Assembly (NCBI GenBank): GCA_041497195.1
Contig: JBGQGB010000001.1
Coordinates: forward strand, 73,904 to 137,903
DNA: 64,000 nt
DNA from: Candidatus Doudnabacteria bacterium
GTDB taxonomy: Bacteria; Patescibacteriota; Doudnabacteria; UBA920; 2-01-FULL-46-14
Reading direction: 5' to 3'
Shown: piece by piece, positions 59,508-64,000 of the stretch
How positions within the stretch are numbered: the first letter of the stretch is position 1
Layout of the letters: each line of letters starts with the position of its first letter
Translations under genes and position numbers: made by a program
The notes under the pieces: generated by a model
Seen by the model: only the letters and a program-made list of their open reading frames with translations
What the model was told of the DNA's origin: nothing
Databases searched by the model: none

Positions 59508-60458
59508 TCAGGTAAACTTGCTTACGATATCATTGAGCTCTTCATCCGAGTAAAATTCGATGGTGATTTTGCCGCCTTTGGCCCCTTTGTTGACTGCCAC
59601 ACGGGTGCCCAATTTATTGCGCAGGAGGTTTTCCAGTGATTCCAGAAACGGGTCGGGCGTGAACATCTCCTGGACTTTGATCTTGCGCTTTCTGATCTCG
59701 CGGACTTTTGACTCGATATCACGCACTTTCATCTGATCACGCACGACTATTTGAAACATTTGCAGCATTTCTTCGTTATCCCGCAGCGACAGCAAGGGCC
59801 GGGCTTGCCCTTCGGAAATCACTTCTTCGATAAGAGCGCGCTGAATCTCAACCGGCAGATTCAAAAGCCTGATGAGATTGCTGATCGTCGAATCGTGTTT
59901 ACCGACGCGCTGCGCAATTTGCTGGAGGCTGAGGCCAAACTCCTGCTGCAGCCGCTGGTAGGCGCGGGCCTCCTCAACGGGATTGAGATCTGCCCGCTGA
60001 ATGTTTTCGATGAGCGCCACCTCAAGCTTCGCTTCATCGGAGAGGCTGGCGTTGACAAATACTGGCACGCGGCTGAGGCCAGCCAGCCTGGCAGCGCGAA
60101 AACGCCGCTCGCCCACGACGATTTCGTATCTGCCGTCTGTGCGCTTGACCACCACGAGCGGCTGAATGATACCGTGTGCTCTGATGGACTCAGCAAGTTC
60201 GTGAAGTTTTTCTTCGTTGAAAATCCGACGCGGCTGAAATTCATTGGGAACAATTTGTTCCAATTCGATTTCCAGAAACGGCTGCCCAGCGCTGGTATGG
60301 AATTTGGGCTGCGGGTCAGACGCTACGTTTGGGCGCTTCATGATCGGTTGCCCGGCGCTCTGGGCTTTCGTCGGTGCTCCTGCCAAATCATCCAAATCAT
60401 CCAGTCCATCTGAATTTTCCATCCCGCCAAAATTGCCCAGTCGAAATGAATCGTCCAT
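59508..60458 (-). CDS. parB: ParB/Spo0J partition protein
   Basis: PNEFQPR, GIIQPL, GERRFRAA, ENIQRADL; start uncertain. Confidence 0.95.
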   Translation of the reverse strand: MDDSFRLGNFGGMENSDGLDDLDDLAGAPTKAQSAGQPIMKRPNVASDPQPKFHTSAGQPFLEIELEQIVPNEFQPRRIFNEEKLHELAESIRAHGIIQPLVVVKRTDGRYEIVVGERRFRAARLAGLSRVPVFVNASLSDEAKLEVALIENIQRADLNPVEEARAYQRLQQEFGLSLQQIAQRVGKHDSTISNLIRLLNLPVEIQRALIEEVISEGQARPLLSLRDNEEMLQMFQIVVRDQMKVRDIESKVREIRKRKIKVQEMFTPDPFLESLENLLRNKLGTRVAVNKGAKGGKITIEFYSDEELNDIVSKFT

Positions 60459-60516
60459 ATCTAAAAAAATTATCTCTCTGCCTGCAATCTAGCAGAATAA
60501 ACTCCCTGGGGCAAGC

Positions 60517-60546
60517 AAAAGTCCCGCAAAACTGCGGGACTTTTTT
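60517..60546. terminator. Intrinsic terminator
   Basis: aaaagtcccgca-aaac-tgcgggactttt. Confidence 0.8.
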
Positions 60547-60566
60547 CTAAAAACTTTTTCTCTCGG

Positions 60567-61730
60567 TCATTTCGACTCTACCTCGGGCTTTTCGTGCAAA
60601 ATGGTCGAGGACGGGGTCGAGGTGGGAAAAACGTTGAGTCTCAGACCAAAATCCTCTTTGCTTCCGCCCGAGCCTTGAGATTGATCCCCTGAATGGGTTT
60701 GCCCCTTGTTTTCCTGCTGCTGGTCATTTACTGACGGGTTGTCATCCTGGAACTTAAGATTCAATCTGAACCGAAAACCCGCCCCCAAAACCAGCTTGAG
60801 CCGCCGTACTATCCGCTCCGACTGCTGAAATTTGGCAAAAGCGGCCCCATAATCTTTGGCAAAGAGTTTTGCGCTCCCATCCGCGTATGCTTTGGCAGCT
60901 TGATCGAGTTGGGCTTGGCCCTGCGTGCTGACATCTGTAGTGAGACTGCCCTTCACGCTGTCAAAATAAGCCCGGGCTTTCGCGATCGCATCAGCGGCTT
61001 CGCTCGAGCTAGCTTGGACGGATTGCTCAACATTCGTTTGGGCGGAAACTTTTGCTTCGTCCTCGGCTCTGACAGATGCAGTACTCTCTCGATCGACTTT
61101 CACTTTGCCCAAGAGCTGAGTGATTTGATTGTCTTCGTTCTGGTCATTCTGCTCCAGGCCAGCCAAAATTTGTTCATGCGCGCTCAACGAGGCTTCGAAA
61201 GTGGAGCCCAAATCCGCTGCGGCCTGGGTATCTCCCTGCGCCTGGAGTGCGGTGACCCTGTCCTTGACGTGTTGAGCGTGCTTGTGAAAATTTGCTTCCA
61301 CTTCCCCGCGGACTGTTGAGTTGAGCTTGCCCTCGGCAGAGAGTTGTTCCGCCTCATCCAGCCGTTTCTGCGCTAGCGCCATCTGCAAATCGGCACTTGA
61401 CTGGGGAGAAAAAGTCAGAGCCTCTTGAACGCCTTCATTGACCTGCAGCTTCACGGGATAGAGAGTATCGCCGGGCAGAGATTTTTCAGCGGCTGCAGAA
61501 AGGGATCCGCCGAGGATTAAAACCCCCGCCAAAACGATTGGTACAGGTTTCCGCATAAAACTCAAAAAAGAAAATGCTAGCCGTTGCTGCGGGAACGCCT
61601 CTACTTCAGGGCTTTTCACTGGATGAGTTTTGATGAAATGCAAAATCTGCTCGCGCATCCGGGCACGTTCATCCGGGCGCAAGGAAATTTTTCTGGCTTG
61701 TTCAAATATTTTTTCAAACTGCTCGCTCAT
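60567..61730 (-). CDS. DUF5667-domain membrane protein, probable anti-sigma factor
   Basis: TM then AEKSLPGDTLYPVK...E; ATGA-coupled to the ECF sigma. Confidence 0.8.
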   Translation of the reverse strand: MSEQFEKIFEQARKISLRPDERARMREQILHFIKTHPVKSPEVEAFPQQRLAFSFLSFMRKPVPIVLAGVLILGGSLSAAAEKSLPGDTLYPVKLQVNEGVQEALTFSPQSSADLQMALAQKRLDEAEQLSAEGKLNSTVRGEVEANFHKHAQHVKDRVTALQAQGDTQAAADLGSTFEASLSAHEQILAGLEQNDQNEDNQITQLLGKVKVDRESTASVRAEDEAKVSAQTNVEQSVQASSSEAADAIAKARAYFDSVKGSLTTDVSTQGQAQLDQAAKAYADGSAKLFAKDYGAAFAKFQQSERIVRRLKLVLGAGFRFRLNLKFQDDNPSVNDQQQENKGQTHSGDQSQGSGGSKEDFGLRLNVFPTSTPSSTILHEKPEVESK

Positions 61731-62218
61731 GATCTCGAAATTAATTCACGCAATTGCTGAACGGCTCGGTGTAAACGCACGGAAATGACGTTTTCCGATT
61801 CTCCCAACATATCTGCTATTTCTTTTGGCCCCAAGCCATCGATGTACCGCATCACCACGACCAGCTGACTTTCGGGCTTCAATTCCACCAAAACCCGCAG
61901 AACCAGTTTGGCGTCCACTGCGCTCTCCATCTCGGGCCTCGGATCCAAAGACGGGTCAAACCCGCTTTCGGCCAGCTCCTCGAGCGATACGGTCCGTCTT
62001 TTCCTGGAGTTATCAATGATCAGATTGTTGGCCACGCGGTACAAAAAAGCACGAATATTGTCTATTTGCCGCCCCTCCGCAGCATACTCCCAAGTCTTCA
62101 TGAAAGCCTGCTGGGTAAGATCCAGCGCAAGCTCGCGCTCGAAGACTCGGTAAAAACAATGCCGGAAAATCGCATCGGAAAAACGCTCATAGGCCTCGGT
62201 AAATTCAGCTTCGGTCAT
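61727..62218 (-). CDS. ECF sigma-70 factor
   Basis: DLTQQAFMKTW, FLYRVANN, KEIADMLG...VRLHRA. Confidence 0.93.
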   Translation of the reverse strand: MTEAEFTEAYERFSDAIFRHCFYRVFERELALDLTQQAFMKTWEYAAEGRQIDNIRAFLYRVANNLIIDNSRKRRTVSLEELAESGFDPSLDPRPEMESAVDAKLVLRVLVELKPESQLVVVMRYIDGLGPKEIADMLGESENVISVRLHRAVQQLRELISRS

Positions 62219-62239
62219 TTGGGTTTTTCACTATGATAT

Positions 62240-62265
62240 GACGCCACAGTTCCGGCAATCTTACA
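62240..62265 (-). promoter_or_regulatory. Putative autoregulatory ECF promoter
   Basis: TGTAAG-16 nt-CGTC upstream of the sigma gene. Confidence 0.55.
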
Positions 62266-62270
62266 ACACG

Positions 62271-62293
62271 GCAAGCTCCTTTCGGGAGCTTGC
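62271..62293. terminator. Hairpin between the NUDIX and ECF genes
   Basis: gcaagctcc-tttcg-ggagcttgc. Confidence 0.5.
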
Positions 62294-62337
62294 GAAACGC
62301 GCTCATGAAGAGAGAGCTGCTCAACATTTCGTCAGGA

Positions 62338-62754
62338 TTAACCAAACAAACCTTTGTCCAAAAGCTCTTTGAAATAAATGTCCAATTTATCTAAAGTCTT
62401 TAACTCTTCAAGGGAAAACCATTTATAAGCGATGTGATCCGCGTCCAGGCGAGGCTCCCCTTCGATACTTGCAGTATAAGTCAAACGCACGACATGCTTT
62501 TCCGAAAGTCTCATAATATCCTGAGCGGCGACCAGCCGTGGTTCTTCTTTCAACTCTAACTGGGTTTCTTCCATAATCTCGCGTTTCAGATTCTCCACAA
62601 GGGTGAATTTGACGTCAATCCTACCGCCAACAATATCCCAGACGTCACCAAATTTCCAAACCTCAGGATATTTCTCTGGCGAGCGCTGCAACAATAAATA
62701 TTTCCCTTCCCGGTTTTGAAGCAGTACCTTGACTCCGACTTGTAATTCAATCAT
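62338..62754 (-). CDS. NUDIX hydrolase
   Basis: WDIVGGRI...LKREIMEET. Confidence 0.88.
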   Translation of the reverse strand: MIELQVGVKVLLQNREGKYLLLQRSPEKYPEVWKFGDVWDIVGGRIDVKFTLVENLKREIMEETQLELKEEPRLVAAQDIMRLSEKHVVRLTYTASIEGEPRLDADHIAYKWFSLEELKTLDKLDIYFKELLDKGLFG

Positions 62755-62828
62755 ACAATCAATCTATCAAACTCTGCTGACATTATCAACCTGATGAAAT
62801 CCTTCCAAGCCTTGGCGCAGAAAGACAA

Positions 62829-62866
62829 AAAAACAAGGGCGTTCGTGCCTCCAAACGAACGCCCCA
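62829..62866 (-). terminator. Intrinsic terminator after purH
   Basis: gggcgttcg/cgaacgccc stem plus a T tract on the minus strand. Confidence 0.75.
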
Positions 62867-62889
62867 ATGTAGATTTGCCTGCGACCAGC

Positions 62890-63999
62890 CTAGTGGCCGA
62901 AAAAGCCGCGTACAACTCGGTCTGGGCCGGCAATCAAAGCAATGCCTTCCTGCTCGCAGAACGAGACGATCTCGTTCCAGATGGACTCGCGCGGACTTCT
63001 GGAAGTGAAAATAACTTTTACCCGCATTGCGTGCAGCTGCGCAACTGCGTCCAGAAACGGAAAGAACGAATCACTGTATGCCACCGCGCCGTCCAACTGC
63101 TCAGAATCAACTGTCCTTGCTTCTGCCAGCTGAGCGGCTCCAATACGGGATTGCTGCCCGACTGCATTAGCCAAGGTCCTCCCATCTTTGGCTACCGTAA
63201 TGGTGTTGCTGTTGCTAGTCGAGCCAACTGCCCAGGCCAACACTATATCACGAAGAACCTGCTCGGTCGGCTTTGGCCCGTACCACTCGAGCTGCTCGAC
63301 TATCAAGTCAAGCACAAAATCATACGGCCCTTGCTTGAGTCCCCCGCCCCTGACCGGCCGAAGCTGTAGAGATCTGTCGAGTGAATCCATCCCGAGATTG
63401 CCGATGGCTTTGTTGACGAAAACACGACAACGATTGTCTTTTCGCTCAAGTACCTTGAGCGCTTCGGGCGTGACTGCTGGCGCAATTACCACATCGAGAA
63501 TCCGCGGCACCGTACCCTCAACTTCGTAACGGCGCAGGATTTCTGCGGTCTTGGCATCGATCGGGAAATTGGTCATCACAAACCCGCCGAATAAATCCTG
63601 CGGGTGGCCTGACACCATCTCGCGGATGACTGTTTCAACGTCTTCCCCGACTGCTGCACCGCAAACATTTCCATGTTTAACCCCGACGCAAATGAGCGGA
63701 ACTGAACGGAAATTGAGTTCAAATCCAGCAGCGATATGCGTCACAGTCATCAGTAATCTGTCGAGGTCGGTTTCGTTGATGTAGCCTGGCTCCCCGCCAT
63801 CGATTTGCTCGAAGCGGGGCACTGCGAAGGGGTCCATGTCACCGAGAGTTCGATATAGCCGAGCGTCGCCCTGCCACCGATTTTCGCCATAGCCGAGAAC
63901 CTCAACGCGCTCTCCGACCCAGCCAGTATACTCGCCCCGACCTAAATATTCGGAAATGGCAATGTGGTAGTTAGCCACATGGGCTTGTGCTTTCGCGGC
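62890..63999 (-). CDS. purH: PurH-like AICAR transformylase (N-terminus outside the window)
   Basis: YGEN, VKHGNVCGAA, GQQSR, SDSFFPF; frame stays open to the window edge. Confidence 0.85.
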   Translation of the reverse strand, partial: AAKAQAHVANYHIAISEYLGRGEYTGWVGERVEVLGYGENRWQGDARLYRTLGDMDPFAVPRFEQIDGGEPGYINETDLDRLLMTVTHIAAGFELNFRSVPLICVGVKHGNVCGAAVGEDVETVIREMVSGHPQDLFGGFVMTNFPIDAKTAEILRRYEVEGTVPRILDVVIAPAVTPEALKVLERKDNRCRVFVNKAIGNLGMDSLDRSLQLRPVRGGGLKQGPYDFVLDLIVEQLEWYGPKPTEQVLRDIVLAWAVGSTSNSNTITVAKDGRTLANAVGQQSRIGAAQLAEARTVDSEQLDGAVAYSDSFFPFLDAVAQLHAMRVKVIFTSRSPRESIWNEIVSFCEQEGIALIAGPDRVVRGFFGH

Positions 64000-64000
64000 C

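Noticed and set aside
59508-60566. parS sites or a parA next to parB
   Set aside because: No TGTTTCACGTGAAACA-like palindrome was seen by eye, and parA may lie elsewhere; not informative.

Overview
64 kb of a compact bacterial genome, almost entirely coded on the minus strand. It looks like Patescibacteria (CPR), inferred from the missing rpmD/L30 in the spc block, extended r-proteins, PsbP-like, DUF5667 and PEGA surface proteins, and an archaeal-type ProRS and cytidylate kinase. Most of it is housekeeping: proS (partial), rseP, frr, holB, an ABC-2 pair, mreB, murA, recJ, rnhA, a glycolysis/pentose-phosphate cluster, htrA, the str-S10-spc block through secY-adk-cmk-map, rpmB, parB, an ECF sigma with a DUF5667 partner, and a partial purH. 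No CRISPR array, integrase, transposase, reverse transcriptase or rRNA was seen. The main candidate for a new system is at 57213-59476: a sigma70 promoter, a ~330-nt leader RNA with a cloverleaf-like four-way junction and loop-loop pairing, a boxA-like site, about six small orphan ORFs, a tRNA with a Gly-type body but GCU anticodon and C37, and a terminator. A second candidate is an NYN ribonuclease gene with a convergent antisense promoter and hairpin RNA, flanked by a decayed second copy of the map 3' end. Other oddities: EF-G with NKIN in place of NKxD, a three-hairpin attenuator between rpsJ and rplC, short palindromes inserted in-frame in proteins, orphan zinc anti-sigma-like proteins and several unannotated micro-ORFs or gene scars. 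All calls come from reading motifs by eye; no database searches or folding programs were run.
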